Source: an uncultured Campylobacter sp.
GTDB taxonomy: Bacteria > Campylobacterota > Campylobacteria > Campylobacterales > Campylobacteraceae
Direction of reading: 5' to 3'
Assembly (NCBI RefSeq): GCF_937959485.1
Contig: NZ_CALGPY010000006.1
Coordinates: 29,994-93,993 of the forward strand
DNA: 64,000 nucleotides
A model generated the notes under the pieces. That model saw only the letters and a list, made by a program, of their open reading frames with translations. It was not told the DNA's origin and did no database searches. The position numbers and the translations under genes are program-made. Below, in pieces: positions 21,427-31,873 of the stretch; within the stretch, counting starts at the first letter, position 1; each line of letters begins with the position of its first letter.

Positions 21427-22425
21427 CTACTTTGCGCTTTCATCCGCTTTGTCTGCGGCGTTTTTCTTGCAGTGGGCGTTTTTTAAATTTACGCCTGCGG
21501 AGTTTGCGTTTGCCGCGCCGCCCTCTTTGCCGCCTTTTTTATCGATGCATGCCGTGCCGCAAAGATCGGCGACATATTTTTGCGGATCTGCGTAGCAAAG
21601 CGCGCAGTTTTTGGCAAGATCGCGGATCTTTAAAATATAATCCTGCCTCTGCGTGACCGAGATCGCTCCGCGTGCGTCAAGGACGTTGAACGTGTGAGCC
21701 GCGAGCATGCAGTAATCATACGCGGGAAGCGCCAGGCCGTGTTTTAGGATGCTTTTGCACTCGCCGAAGCAGTTTTCAAACTGATTAAAAAGCATCGCGG
21801 TATCCGCAAGCTCGAAGTTGTATTTGCTAAACTCGAACTCGCCCCTTTTATGCACGTCGCCGTAGGTTACTAGCCCCGCTTTATCGTCCCAGACGATGTC
21901 GTAAACGTCGTCTTTATTTTGCAGATACATCGCCAAGCGCTCAAGCCCGTAGGTGATCTCGCCGCTAATTAGCTCGCACGTGATGCCGCCTACTTGCTGA
22001 AAATAGGTAAACTGCGTCACCTCCATGCCGTCTAGCCAAACCTCCCAGCCAAGCCCCCAGGCTCCTAGCGTCGGGCTCTCCCAGTTGTCTTCCACGAAGC
22101 GGATATCATGACTTTTAAGATCTAACCCCAGCTTTTCCAAGCTTTTTAGATAGAGTTCTTGGATATTATCCGGGCTCGGCTTTAAGATCACCTGAAACTG
22201 ATAATACGCGCCGAGGCGGTTTGGGTTTTCGCCGTAGCGCCCATCTGTTGGGCGACGCGAGGGTGCTACGTATGCCGCGCGCCAAGGTTTGCTTCCTAGA
22301 CTGCGCAAAAAGGTAGCCTGATGATAGGTGCCTGCGCCCGCGGGCATATCGTAGGGCTGAACGAGCAAGCAGCCCTGCTCGTGCCAGTAATTTTGAAGCG
22401 TCAAAATAATCTGTGAAAACGTCAT
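21427..22425 (-). CDS. glyQ: glycine--tRNA ligase alpha subunit with a C-terminal tail of about 45-50 aa
   Basis: 332 aa. [19 protein letters not shown] and the rest are highly conserved GlyQ. The tail (...[38 protein letters not shown]) is not part of the usual GlyQ. Confidence 0.95.
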   Translation of the reverse strand: MTFSQIILTLQNYWHEQGCLLVQPYDMPAGAGTYHQATFLRSLGSKPWRAAYVAPSRRPTDGRYGENPNRLGAYYQFQVILKPSPDNIQELYLKSLEKLGLDLKSHDIRFVEDNWESPTLGAWGLGWEVWLDGMEVTQFTYFQQVGGITCELISGEITYGLERLAMYLQNKDDVYDIVWDDKAGLVTYGDVHKRGEFEFSKYNFELADTAMLFNQFENCFGECKSILKHGLALPAYDYCMLAAHTFNVLDARGAISVTQRQDYILKIRDLAKNCALCYADPQKYVADLCGTACIDKKGGKEGGAANANSAGVNLKNAHCKKNAADKADESAK

Positions 22426-22518
22426 TTTTATCCTTTTATCGATATGTAAATTTAAATTTTATCTTCTAAGTGCTTTTCAAAGCCTGTCTCAAAGGCTCTT
22501 TGCGGCTCTAAAAATTTT

Positions 22519-22833
22519 TCAAATTTCAGCCGAGCATTCGCCCGCCCTCGTAGGCTCGTTCGCAAAATCAAAAACCGCGTAATCGTCCGCTTCGATATGT
22601 AATTTTTCGCCGGTTTCATCGCGCTCATTTTTGCAGCACTGCTTTGCGGATTTGCAAGCTTCGTCGTGGCTTTCTTTATGGTGCCGTTCCTCCGAGTAAG
22701 TGCCTATTAGCACGGAGCATTCGCCCTGCGCGCCGTTTTCATAGTCGTAATATGCGGCGTAAATTTCGTTTTTCTCGGCGCTGCTTCTGCTAGCGTTAAA
22801 TTTTAAAAACTCACCCCACAAATTTGCGATCAC
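22519..22833 (-). CDS. hypothetical protein, possibly a truncated GyrI-like effector-binding domain
   Basis: 104 aa. The LWGEFLKF...YAAYYDYE...YAVFDF pattern weakly recalls GyrI-like domains, with a charged Cys/Lys-rich insert. Confidence 0.3.
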   Translation of the reverse strand: MIANLWGEFLKFNASRSSAEKNEIYAAYYDYENGAQGECSVLIGTYSEERHHKESHDEACKSAKQCCKNERDETGEKLHIEADDYAVFDFANEPTRAGECSAEI

Positions 22834-22924
22834 CCCCTCGCCCGCTCATCTCATCTGCGTTATTCGTGCGAGTCTTTGGCTCACAAATTTCAAAGCTCTC
22901 GCGCAATTTTAAAATTTTCAAAGT

Positions 22925-23425
22925 TTAGCCCTCAAGCAGCACTTCGATCTGCTCAGAGTCCTTTTTCAGAGCCTCCGCTTTTGCGGCGCGATCCGCCTTT
23001 AGCTTCGAGCTTAGCACCTCGTCGCTTAAAGCTAAAATTTGCAACGCCAGATACGCCGCGTTTTTCGCGCCCGCCTTGCCGATCGCAAGCGTCGCGACGG
23101 GGATACCCGCAGGCATCTGCACGGTCGAATACAGCGCATCTACGCCGCTAAGCGCGCTGCCGCCGAGCGGAACGCCCAGCACCGGCTTGGTCGTATTCGC
23201 AGCGACCGCGCCCGCAAGATGCGCCGCCATGCCCGCCGCGCAGATGAAGACCTGCGCGCCCTTTTTCTCGGCGTCCGCGACGTATTTTGCCGTGCGGGCG
23301 GGGCTTCGGTGCGCCGAAGATACGATCATCTCGTACGCCGCGCCGAATTCGTTTAAAATTTTAGCCGCCTCGTAAACGACCTCGTAATCGCTCTTTGAGC
23401 CCATTATTATAGAAACAAATTTCAT
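22925..23425 (-). CDS. purE: 5-(carboxyamino)imidazole ribonucleotide mutase
   Basis: MKFVSIIMGSKSDY...SAHRSP...AGMAAHLAG. I prefer ATG 23425 over the track start 23449 because it forms an ATGA overlap with the upstream U32 stop. Confidence 0.93.
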   Translation of the reverse strand: MKFVSIIMGSKSDYEVVYEAAKILNEFGAAYEMIVSSAHRSPARTAKYVADAEKKGAQVFICAAGMAAHLAGAVAANTTKPVLGVPLGGSALSGVDALYSTVQMPAGIPVATLAIGKAGAKNAAYLALQILALSDEVLSSKLKADRAAKAEALKKDSEQIEVLLEG

Positions 23426-24690
23426 TCCATCTCCTTTCTTAAAAAGCAAAACTCCGCGAGCTTCACAGGCAGCTTAATCTCATTTAGATTGCCGCTGTGA
23501 ATCTCACTAAATTCCTTACCGCTGCGGCTTTGCAGCTTCTTAAATTTTAAATATGGCTTGCCGCTAAGCTCGTAAATTTCGCCGATTTCATTATCGCAAG
23601 CGCAAATTTTAAAGCCGCGCGGAGCAAAAATTTCATACGAAACGCCGGGTAAAATTTTATCTTTGACGCTTATAAACTCGCCGTCTTGCGAGATTGCGCA
23701 GACCTGATGCGTGCCAAGCTCGATGCTGCGGTCTAAATTTTGCGTATCCTCTCGCTCGTACGGGCGCTTTATCAAATATCCGTCGCTAAAACCGCGGTTT
23801 TTAAGCGTCGCGATCTCGCGCTCGTAAACGCCGGCCTCAAATTTATCGCTCACGGCATCGTCGATCGCCGCACGATAAGCGTTCGTGGCGCATGCGACGT
23901 AGTATTCGCTCTTGGTGCGCCCTTCGATTTTAAAGCTGTCGATCGCGCCCGTTTGCATAATCTTTTGCACGTGCGAAATGAGGCTAAGATCCTTCGCGTT
24001 CATTACGAAAGTGCCCTCCCCTTCACGCTCTTGCAAGCGGAAAAGCGCGCTGGTTTCGGGATTTTTCGCGTAAAGCTCGTAGTTAAATCTGCAGTCGTTC
24101 GCGCAGCTTCCGCGGTTGCTGAAGCGCCCGCTTTGCACCGCGCTAACAAGACAGCGCCCGCTGTATGCGAAACACATCGAGCCGTGCACGAAAATTTCAA
24201 TCTCGAGGTTCGGAATTTTTTCTTTAATCTCCACGGCGTCTTTGAGCGTCATTTCTCGCGCTGCGACGATGCGGACTGCGCCCAGCTCCGCCCAAACCTG
24301 CGCGTCGAGATAATTTAGCACGTTGGCTTGGGTGGAAACGTGAATCGGAATTTCTGGAGCTACGGCTCGCGCGAGGCTCGCAACACCCAAAGTGGCGATT
24401 AAAATTCCATCCACGCGCAGATCGCGAAGAAATTCCAAATGCCTTTCGATATTTCCTAGCTGACCGTTGGTCGCAAAGCCGTTCACGGTCGCGTAGAGCT
24501 TCTTGCCGCGCTCGTGCGCGTACGCGACGCCCTGCGCGAAGCTTTCCTTGCTAAATTCCTTCGCGCTTCGCTGGCGCAGCGAAAATGAGCCGGTGCTTGC
24601 ATACACGGCGTCCGCGCCGTAAGCCAGGGCGATTTTTAGTTTCGTTAAATTCCCCGCAGGAGCTAAGAGTTCGGGTTTTTTCAAATACAT
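23422..24690 (-). CDS. peptidase U32 family protein
   Basis: 422 aa. ELLAPAGN...FVHGSMCFAYSGRCLVS. Confidence 0.9.
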   Translation of the reverse strand: MYLKKPELLAPAGNLTKLKIALAYGADAVYASTGSFSLRQRSAKEFSKESFAQGVAYAHERGKKLYATVNGFATNGQLGNIERHLEFLRDLRVDGILIATLGVASLARAVAPEIPIHVSTQANVLNYLDAQVWAELGAVRIVAAREMTLKDAVEIKEKIPNLEIEIFVHGSMCFAYSGRCLVSAVQSGRFSNRGSCANDCRFNYELYAKNPETSALFRLQEREGEGTFVMNAKDLSLISHVQKIMQTGAIDSFKIEGRTKSEYYVACATNAYRAAIDDAVSDKFEAGVYEREIATLKNRGFSDGYLIKRPYEREDTQNLDRSIELGTHQVCAISQDGEFISVKDKILPGVSYEIFAPRGFKICACDNEIGEIYELSGKPYLKFKKLQSRSGKEFSEIHSGNLNEIKLPVKLAEFCFLRKEME

Positions 24691-24752
24691 TCCTAGTGAT
24701 TTTTTAAGCGCGATTTTACTACAATTTAGCCAAAATTTTATTTAAGGAGCAG

Positions 24753-25544
24753 TTGATGCGAGCCGATCTACACAACCACACCTATCTTTGCAACCACGCT
24801 AGCGGCGAGCCGCGACAGTATTTGGAAGCCGCGATCGCACGAGGCATAGAAATTTTCGGCTTTGCGGATCACGCGCCGATGAACTTCGATCAAAAATACC
24901 GAATGAGCTTCGAGCAGATGGAGCTTTATGAGCGGATGATTAGGGATCTGCGGGATGAGTTTAGCGGGCGGATCGACGTGCGGCTGGGATATGAGGTCGA
25001 TTTTATGACGAAAAAAGAGCTAATGGATGAGCGGATTTTCGCGCGCGAGGTTGATTATCTCATCGGTTCGGTGCATTTTTTAAACAACTGGGGCTTTGAT
25101 AACGAGGAATTTTTAGATCAGTGGAGCGGGCGCGAGATAGACGACGTTTATCGCGAATACTTTGCGCTGATCTGCGCGCTGTGCAAAAGCGGCAAATTCG
25201 ACATTTTAGGACACATGGATCTGATTAAAATTTTTAAATTTACTCCGAAAAAAGATATTAGAGTTTTGGCTGGCGGCGCGATAAATGCGATCAAAAAAAG
25301 CGGTATCGTCGTGGAGCTAAACTCCGCGGGGCTTCGCAAGCCCGCAAATGAAATTTATCCAAGCGACGCGCTTTTGGCTATGCTAGCAGATGCAGACGTG
25401 CCGATCACGCTTGGCTCGGATGCGCACTCGGTTGCCCAAGTAGCGCTAAATTACGATAAAATTTATGCCAAAGCGCGCGAGTTCGGCTACGAGCGGATCG
25501 CAGTTTTCAAAAACCGCGAGCGGCAGTTTGTAAAGCTAGCGTAA
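24753..25544 (+). CDS. PHP-domain histidinol-phosphatase family protein
   Basis: 263 aa. DLHNHT...FADHAP...GSVHF...GHMD...GSDAH metal-ligand pattern. Confidence 0.85.
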   Translation: MMRADLHNHTYLCNHASGEPRQYLEAAIARGIEIFGFADHAPMNFDQKYRMSFEQMELYERMIRDLRDEFSGRIDVRLGYEVDFMTKKELMDERIFAREVDYLIGSVHFLNNWGFDNEEFLDQWSGREIDDVYREYFALICALCKSGKFDILGHMDLIKIFKFTPKKDIRVLAGGAINAIKKSGIVVELNSAGLRKPANEIYPSDALLAMLADADVPITLGSDAHSVAQVALNYDKIYAKAREFGYERIAVFKNRERQFVKLA

Positions 25545-25773
25545 ATTTTAACGGCAGCCGCTTTTAAATTTCAAACAAGCGCGGACAGCGAGAAATTTTA
25601 AAATTTCAAAATCTTCAGTGGCGTGAAAATTTCAGATTTCAAAAGGCATGGCGGCGCAAAATTTTAAAAATCGCGGCGCGCAAAACGGCGCAGATAAAGT
25701 CGAATTTCAACTAAATAATGTTAAAATCCGCCGTTAAATTTAGCCCGAATACGGGCGGAAAAAAGGAAAAAAT

Positions 25774-27201
25774 ATGGGAAAATTTGTTAATGACGTGAAG
25801 GAATTTTTTAAATTTTGCGATGAAAACGAGGTCGAGTTCGTGGATTTTAGATTTACCGATCTAAAGGGCACCTGGCACCACGTCGCTTACAACTACAAGC
25901 GTCTGCCGAAGGACTTCGCCGACGGAATTCCATTCGACGCAAGCTCGGTAGCGGCATGGCAGCCGATCGATAAATCCGATATGATGCTAAAGCCCGACGT
26001 AGAAACGGCGTTTTTGGATCCGTTCACCGCGGACGTTACGATCATCGTCATCTGCGACGTTTACGACATCTATAAAAACGAGCTTTACGAAAAATGCCCG
26101 CGCTCGATCGCTAAAAAAGCCGAGCAGTTTCTGCAAACCACGGGCCTTGGAGATACCTGCTACTTCGGACCGGAGAATGAATTTTTCGTTTTCGACGACG
26201 TAAAGATCATCGACGATATGAACTGCGCGATGTTTAAGGTGGATACCGAAGAGGGGCATTGGAACAGCGGTAAAAACTACAAAGACGGCTTTAATAGCGG
26301 CCACCGCCCGGGCGTAAAGGGCGGCTACTTTCCCGTCCAGCCAGTCGATTCGATGGTTGATCTACGCGCCGAAATGCTAAAAGTACTCGAGCAGATCGGG
26401 CTTGAGACCTTCATCTGCCACCACGAAGTAGCGCAAGGCCAGGGTGAGATCGGCGTTAAATACGGCACCCTCGTCGAGGCCGCCGATAACGTGCAAAAAT
26501 ACAAATACGTCGTAAAGATGGTCGCGCACCTAAACGGCAAGACTGCTACCTTTATGCCAAAGCCGCTCTACGGCGACAACGGCAGCGGAATGCACGTGCA
26601 CCAATCGATCTGGAAAAAGGGCAAAAACACCTTTTATAAAAAGGGCAACTATGCAAATTTAAGCGACGCGGCGAGGTGGTATATCGGCGGTGTGCTAAAG
26701 CATGCGCGCAGCGTCGCGGCGTTTACGAACCCGAGCACCAACAGCTACAAGCGCCTGATCCCGGGCTTTGAGGCGCCATCCATTCTAACTTATTCGAGCC
26801 AAAACCGCTCGGCTTCGATCCGCATCCCTTACGGCAGCGGCGAGCACTCGGTGCGCGCGGAGATGCGCTTTCCTGATAGCACGGCGTGCCCGTATTTGGC
26901 GTTTGCAGCGATGCTGATGGCCGGTATCGACGGCATCAAAAACAAAACCGAGCCGGTCGGGCCGATGGATGAGAATTTATTCAAACTGCACCTAGATGAA
27001 ATTCGCGAGCGCGGCATCGAGCAGCTTCCGCACACGCTTCGCGGCAGCCTAGAGGCGGTGATCCGCGATAATGAGTATCTGCGCCCGATAATGAGCGAGC
27101 TTTTTATCGAGACCTATCAGCATTTTAAATTTGAAACGCAGGTTTGGCCTTACGAGGCACGCCCTACGCCGTTTGAGTTTGCGACGAATTATTCGTGCTA
27201 A
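25774..27201 (+). CDS. glnA: type I glutamine synthetase
   Basis: 475 aa. [42 protein letters not shown]. Confidence 0.97.
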   Translation: MGKFVNDVKEFFKFCDENEVEFVDFRFTDLKGTWHHVAYNYKRLPKDFADGIPFDASSVAAWQPIDKSDMMLKPDVETAFLDPFTADVTIIVICDVYDIYKNELYEKCPRSIAKKAEQFLQTTGLGDTCYFGPENEFFVFDDVKIIDDMNCAMFKVDTEEGHWNSGKNYKDGFNSGHRPGVKGGYFPVQPVDSMVDLRAEMLKVLEQIGLETFICHHEVAQGQGEIGVKYGTLVEAADNVQKYKYVVKMVAHLNGKTATFMPKPLYGDNGSGMHVHQSIWKKGKNTFYKKGNYANLSDAARWYIGGVLKHARSVAAFTNPSTNSYKRLIPGFEAPSILTYSSQNRSASIRIPYGSGEHSVRAEMRFPDSTACPYLAFAAMLMAGIDGIKNKTEPVGPMDENLFKLHLDEIRERGIEQLPHTLRGSLEAVIRDNEYLRPIMSELFIETYQHFKFETQVWPYEARPTPFEFATNYSC

Positions 27202-27327
27202 GGCTAAATTTTATGTCGCGCCGTCCGGTTTTTATGAGGCGGTGCGGCATAGAGCCTTGGAATTTTAAAATTTCGCCGCGCGCGAACTTTTAAAGCTCTA
27301 CCGCATGCGCGAACTTAAATACCGCCC

Positions 27328-28581
27328 GTGAAGCTTCAACTCTTTTACCGTAAACGTGAAATTTTATACTTTCTGCTCATTTTGCTTGGAATTTTATCGA
27401 TAAACTTAGGCGTGAAATTTTATGAATTCAAAGAATTTCGCGCGAAAAACTACGCTTTTTACGACGCGCAAATTTTAAACGCCTACGCCAAAACGAACGA
27501 GCGCGGCCGCACCTACACGGTGCTAAAGCTCAAAACGGCGGATTTCACCCTCTACACGACTGCCGGGCTCGGGCGGGAATTTCACCGCTTCGCGCGCATA
27601 AATATCGGCATCGTGACGAAAAACGTAAAATTTTTAGATTTTTTAAAGCAGCGCTTTTACGCGCCAAATTTTAAAATCGGAGACGAGACCGCGCCCTCCG
27701 GGGCAAAATGGCGCGCTATAGAATTCATTCGCGCTCAACACGAAGATGAGATGACGGCAGATCTTTACTCCGCGCTGTATTTTGCGACCGAGATTTCAAA
27801 ACCGCTGCGCGCTAGCGTGACAAACTGGGGCATAGCGCATATCATCTCGATCAGCGGCTTTCACCTGGGCATTATCTTTAGCACGGTCTTTCTGCTCGCG
27901 ATGCCGATCTACCGCTATTTTCAGGATCGCTACTTTCCGTACCGCAGCGCTAAGCGCGATCTTAGCGTATTCGTGATCGTGCTGATGAGCGGATATCTCT
28001 TCGTGCTTGATTTTACGCCGAGCTTTCTGCGCTCGCTTGCGATGTGCTGCGTGGGGTTTTTCCTCGCGATGCGAAATTTCTACGTCGTGAAATTTGCAAA
28101 TCTCTTCTTAACGATCGCGCTTCTGCTTGCGTTTTTCCCGCACTTAGCTTTTTCGATCGGACTTTATTTCTCCTGCCTAGGCGTGCTGTATATTTTCCTC
28201 TACCTGCACCACTTCGCGCCCAAATTTAAGCTCTGGCAGAACGTCGTACTTTTTAACCTCTACGTTTGGCTCAGCATGAACGTAGCGGTCTATTATTTCT
28301 TCCCGACCGCGAGCTTGCAGCAGCTTAGCGTAATGCCGCTGGGATACGTTTTCGTGATCTTTTATCCGCTAAGCATCTTTTTGCATCTATTCGGATTCGG
28401 CGGCGCGCTCGATACGCCGCTGCTTGCGTTTTTAAATTTTACTTTGCCGAGCTTTCAAGCGCAAATTCCGCCGCTTCTTTTCGCGCTCGCAAACATCTGC
28501 GCGCTCGCTGCGATAAAGCTTCGCTACGCAGCGCTTGGCTGCGCGATAATCGGAATTTCGCCGATATTTTTTATAACGTAG
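27328..28581 (+). CDS. comEC: ComEC/Rec2 family competence membrane protein
   Basis: 417 aa, polytopic. GIAHIISISGFHLGI motif. Confidence 0.8.
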   Translation: MKLQLFYRKREILYFLLILLGILSINLGVKFYEFKEFRAKNYAFYDAQILNAYAKTNERGRTYTVLKLKTADFTLYTTAGLGREFHRFARINIGIVTKNVKFLDFLKQRFYAPNFKIGDETAPSGAKWRAIEFIRAQHEDEMTADLYSALYFATEISKPLRASVTNWGIAHIISISGFHLGIIFSTVFLLAMPIYRYFQDRYFPYRSAKRDLSVFVIVLMSGYLFVLDFTPSFLRSLAMCCVGFFLAMRNFYVVKFANLFLTIALLLAFFPHLAFSIGLYFSCLGVLYIFLYLHHFAPKFKLWQNVVLFNLYVWLSMNVAVYYFFPTASLQQLSVMPLGYVFVIFYPLSIFLHLFGFGGALDTPLLAFLNFTLPSFQAQIPPLLFALANICALAAIKLRYAALGCAIIGISPIFFIT

Positions 28582-28660
28582 CGCGCGAAAATTCCAGCAG
28601 GAATTTTATCCGTTGGAATTTTATGCTAAAATCGCGCTTCAAATCTCACAAAGGATCAAA

Positions 28661-28951
28661 ATGTTTATTGCAAACCTCACTTACGTTAAAGAAATTAGCG
28701 AAATCGATCGCTTTATCAACGAGCACAACGCGTTTTTAGACCGATTTTATGCGGCGGATAAATTTATCTGCTCTGGGCGCAAAGTCCCTCGCACGGGCGG
28801 CATCATCTTAATCAACGCCAAAGACCGCGCGGATCTTGATGAGATCATCGCGCAAGATCCGTTCTTTCAAAACGGCGTCGCAAAATACGAGATCATAGAA
28901 TTTGCGCCGACGAAATTTGCGCCCGAGTTTTGGCGACTTTTCGGCGAATAG
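28661..28951 (+). CDS. YciI family protein
   Basis: MFIANLTYVK...AQDPFFQNGVAKYEIIEF. ATG 28661 with an AAAGGA ribosome-binding site is preferred over the track start 28613. Confidence 0.8.
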   Translation: MFIANLTYVKEISEIDRFINEHNAFLDRFYAADKFICSGRKVPRTGGIILINAKDRADLDEIIAQDPFFQNGVAKYEIIEFAPTKFAPEFWRLFGE

Positions 28952-29124
28952 AGGGCTTGCGCGGGTTAAATTTTAAAATTTACGCGCTCAAACACCCCTC
29001 TGAAATTTAGCCGTTTTGCGCGCGAGATAAAATTCCCGCTAAATTTAAAAGCCGGTCGCGGCGGTAAATTTAGATAAGCTTAAAACCGAAATTATACAAA
29101 ACGGCTAAATTTAAAGGAGATTTT

Positions 29125-29889
29125 ATGCAGGTAAAACTGCGGCTCGCAACGCCGCAAGATGCGGAGGCGCTGCTTGAAATTTACGCGCCTTACGTAAAAC
29201 AAACGGCGATCAGCTTCGAATACGACGTGCCCAGCGCCGCGGAATTTGCGGAGCGCATCGAGCAAACGCTGCAAAGATACCCCTATCTGCTCGCTTACGC
29301 AAGCGACGAGGCGGCAGGCGCAAACGATGAACGGGATGAAAATTTTAAAATTTCTGCGGGCGCAGAGAGTGAAATTTCGCCCGCAGACGAAGCGCGAGAT
29401 CGCACAAACGCCGCGACGAAACAAAATGGCGCAAATTTAATCGTCGCGGCAAAGCAAAGCGGCGCAAATTTAAAACCGAATCAAATCCTCGGCTACGCCT
29501 ACGCTTCGGTTTTCAAAGAGCGGGCGGCATACGATTGGTCGGCGGAAAGCTCGGTCTATGTATCGCAAAACGTGCGCGCTCTGGGTATCGGCAGGCTGCT
29601 CTACGAGACGCTACAGCGCGCGCTCAAGGCTCAAAACATCGCAGATATGAACGCTTGCATCGCTTGCGGAGATGACAAATATCTAAACGACGCTAGCGTG
29701 CGATTTCACGAGCGTATGGGCTTTCGCTTCGTCGGCAGATTCGAGCGCTGCGCCTATAAATTCGGCCGCTGGTACGATATGGCGTGGATGCAAAAGCCGA
29801 TCGGCGAGCATCTGCAAAATCAGCCCGCAATGAAGCCTTTCGCGCGCTTTAGAGATGAAATTTGCGCGGGCGCGGGCATTAAAATTTAA
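29125..29889 (+). CDS. GNAT N-acetyltransferase (phosphinothricin acetyltransferase-like) with an internal low-complexity insertion
   Basis: 254 aa. RLATPQDAEALLEIYAPYV...GYAYAS...RALGIGRLLY...NDASVRFHERMGF. About 55 aa inserted (DEAAGANDERDENFKISAGAESEISPADEARDRTNAATKQNGANLIVAAKQSGANLKPNQ). Confidence 0.85.
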   Translation: MQVKLRLATPQDAEALLEIYAPYVKQTAISFEYDVPSAAEFAERIEQTLQRYPYLLAYASDEAAGANDERDENFKISAGAESEISPADEARDRTNAATKQNGANLIVAAKQSGANLKPNQILGYAYASVFKERAAYDWSAESSVYVSQNVRALGIGRLLYETLQRALKAQNIADMNACIACGDDKYLNDASVRFHERMGFRFVGRFERCAYKFGRWYDMAWMQKPIGEHLQNQPAMKPFARFRDEICAGAGIKI

Positions 29890-29904
29890 TTTAAAGGAAA
29901 AACT

Positions 29905-30708
29905 TTGACGCACTTTATCATAGACGACGAAAATATCGACGTCGATAATATCTTCGACGTCGTAAATCTAAAAGAGGGCGACGAGCTAAATATCGTCTCC
30001 AACACCGCTAAAAAGATCGGCGCCTTGACCCTTGCGCGCCTATCCAAGATGGGCGTTAGCATAGGCGAGGTTTTTACGATCGGTAAGCAAAGAAAGGACT
30101 TCGCCGATAAGATCATCGTGTTTTTGATGGGCAAGCTCTGCGGGCAGGAGGGCAAGATCGGCATCGTCAGCAACGACAAATTTTACGACGACGTGATAGA
30201 ATTCTTTAACAATCTAAACTACCGCAAAAATCCTAAATTTGAAAAGATCAGTCTAGCCTCGCACGCCGCAGGAGCGAGCGCAAAACAAAGCAAAGCAAGC
30301 GGCGCAGCGGAGAAAAAAGCCCAAAAAGCGGAGCCGAAGGCCGTGCAACAGGAACAAAAGGCTGCAAATTCTAAAATCGCCAAAGCAGACCTCGCCGCGG
30401 CGGAGGCGCTGATCCCGCAGTGCGTGAGCCTGCAAGCCCTCTATGCCGCGTGCGTCGCAAAGCTCGGCAGAGCCAAAGGCTGCGAAGCCTACCGCGAGAT
30501 CAAGGACGGCGCGCGGACGCGATACGCGAGCATCGCCTACGATAGCGACTTAAAAGACGGCGCCGTAAGGCGAAACGCGATCAAACTCTACCGCGAAAGC
30601 GGCGGCGATATGGCGGAATTTCACAATAAGCTGACGAGCGAATACAAACACGCGGGACCTGAAATTTATAAAGAATTTAAAGAAAAACTCGTCGGAAAGA
30701 TGATCTAG
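29905..30708 (+). CDS. hypothetical protein (N-terminal alpha/beta domain, A/K/Q-rich linker, C-terminal helical domain)
   Basis: 267 aa ORF with core-like codon composition. I recognise no motif with confidence. Confidence 0.5.
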   Translation: MTHFIIDDENIDVDNIFDVVNLKEGDELNIVSNTAKKIGALTLARLSKMGVSIGEVFTIGKQRKDFADKIIVFLMGKLCGQEGKIGIVSNDKFYDDVIEFFNNLNYRKNPKFEKISLASHAAGASAKQSKASGAAEKKAQKAEPKAVQQEQKAANSKIAKADLAAAEALIPQCVSLQALYAACVAKLGRAKGCEAYREIKDGARTRYASIAYDSDLKDGAVRRNAIKLYRESGGDMAEFHNKLTSEYKHAGPEIYKEFKEKLVGKMI

Positions 30709-30970
30709 GTGCCTCGGCGCAAGGGTTTGAGGCGCAGCGATAGTATGCGTCGCGACGTAGCGGCGAAGCGTGGCCTGGCGGCGTTAAGATGCGTCGTTGC
30801 GGCGTGCGGTATGGTACGGTGCAGCATAAGTGCGCCCGAAATAAAACTATTTGCTTGCGCGGAGTCGGTTTTATTTTGCCGTATATGACGAAGCAGAGCC
30901 CGGGCACTTAGGCATAGCAGCAGAGTAAAGATATATACGACAAATTTCATTCTGCTAGGTCTAATCCGGG

Positions 30971-31363
30971 CTAATCATAATTAAAGTTATATGGTTCGTA
31001 GCCGAAAATATGCAATGTCTTTAAAGCCAGCTCTCTGATCTCTATCCAGGATTTGTTCTGATAGACCAAGTAATAGCCATCTTCTTCCCCCTTTAATATA
31101 CTGTCATCTTCAGTGTACTTATCTATGAGCTCCTTAAGTTCTCTTAGCGCATCCCTCTCGTATGGCAGGAAGCAAAATCTAAATTGCCCTAATAAAGCAT
31201 TCTTGCATTCATCATATAGCCAATCTACTATTTCGTCTGCCAATACATAGTAGTCCTTTGTGGGATGAACGATATATTTGTCCTGATATTCCAAAGAAGC
31301 CATTCGACTTAGATGACACATAAGAGCACCTTTCTCAAATATCTCTTTTCCGTTAATTTGCAT
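30971..31363 (-). CDS. island family A protein (copy 1 of 4), candidate immunity-type protein
   Basis: 130 aa. Aligns along its length with 35044..35439 (MQINGKEIF.KG.LM..L.RMASLEYQDKY...YERDALRELK...NKSWIEIRELALKT..IFGY). Preceded by the conserved leader repeat. Confidence 0.7.
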   Translation of the reverse strand: MQINGKEIFEKGALMCHLSRMASLEYQDKYIVHPTKDYYVLADEIVDWLYDECKNALLGQFRFCFLPYERDALRELKELIDKYTEDDSILKGEEDGYYLVYQNKSWIEIRELALKTLHIFGYEPYNFNYD

Positions 31364-31781
31364 TTGGGTTTCCTTTTATTGGGATGTGGGTTTCGTTGGT
31401 TTTGGATTTTAAATCCCCGCGCTCATAAAAATCATCAAGAGTGAAACCAAGTATATTCAGTAGTTTTAATGACTTCTCCATTATCTTTTTCCAAATTTCA
31501 GACATATTATCATATATCTCATCGTAGTCATATTTGCTATAAAAATAATCGATCATTTCTTTATACTCTGCTATGGCTTTTAGTTCTGTTTCTGTAAATA
31601 GAAATTTGTATTCCGGTCTCTGGGCTATCTCTAGAGGATTATATACATATTCGACTAATTCGCCCGGTGTTGCATATTCATCGATAGTGGAATTATCTAT
31701 ATATCTAATCTGATGTTTTCTAGATGCAAGACAATATAAAGGCTCGACGATAAAAGCCTTTTGTGCATTATTTTTCTGCAT
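31353..31781 (-). CDS. island family A-related protein (divergent copy)
   Basis: 142 aa. Shares the CLAS...Y, TE.ELKAIAEYKEMI and KSLKLLNILGFTLDDF blocks with family A. Its last 12 codons are encoded by the leader repeat of the next gene. Confidence 0.65.
   Translation of the reverse strand: MQKNNAQKAFIVEPLYCLASRKHQIRYIDNSTIDEYATPGELVEYVYNPLEIAQRPEYKFLFTETELKAIAEYKEMIDYFYSKYDYDEIYDNMSEIWKKIMEKSLKLLNILGFTLDDFYERGDLKSKTNETHIPIKGNPNAN
31361..31395 (-). repeat. island leader repeat, copy 1 (CATTTGGGTTTCCTTTTATTGGGATGTGGGTTTCG on the plus strand)
   Basis: Read directly from the sequence. It covers the start codon, the ribosome-binding site and about 20 nt upstream of 30971..31363. Confidence 0.85.
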
Positions 31782-31814
31782 TTGGGTTTCCTTTTATTGG
31801 GATATGAGTTTGCC
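31779..31814 (-). repeat. island leader repeat, copy 2
   Basis: CATTTGGGTTTCCTTTTATTGGGATATGAGTTTGCC, upstream of and overlapping the start of 31353..31781. Confidence 0.85.
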
Positions 31815-31873
31815 CGCATTATATCGTAATATATTTTTAAAATTCTCGCAGAAATTATCATTTTATAAAACTA

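Noticed and set aside
28613-28660. Upstream start for the YciI-family gene as given in the ORF track
   Set aside because: The internal ATG 28661 has a good AAAGGA ribosome-binding site and gives the usual family length. The 16 extra residues have no counterpart in YciI proteins.
30707-30722. Possible third, degenerate copy of the tRNA-Lys att repeat (AGGTGCCTCGGCG versus TGGTGTCCTGCGT) at the left edge of the accessory region
   Set aside because: The match needs several indels and mismatches over only about 13 nt, which is indistinguishable from chance by eye. I kept it only as something to test when mapping the island borders.
30705-30950. 81-aa ORF with a lipoprotein-like N-terminus as a real gene
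   Set aside because: After the signal peptide the sequence is Arg/Ala/His-rich and lies in the GC-rich junction repeats. It is more likely a truncated remnant, and I report it as part of the junction finding rather than as a CDS.
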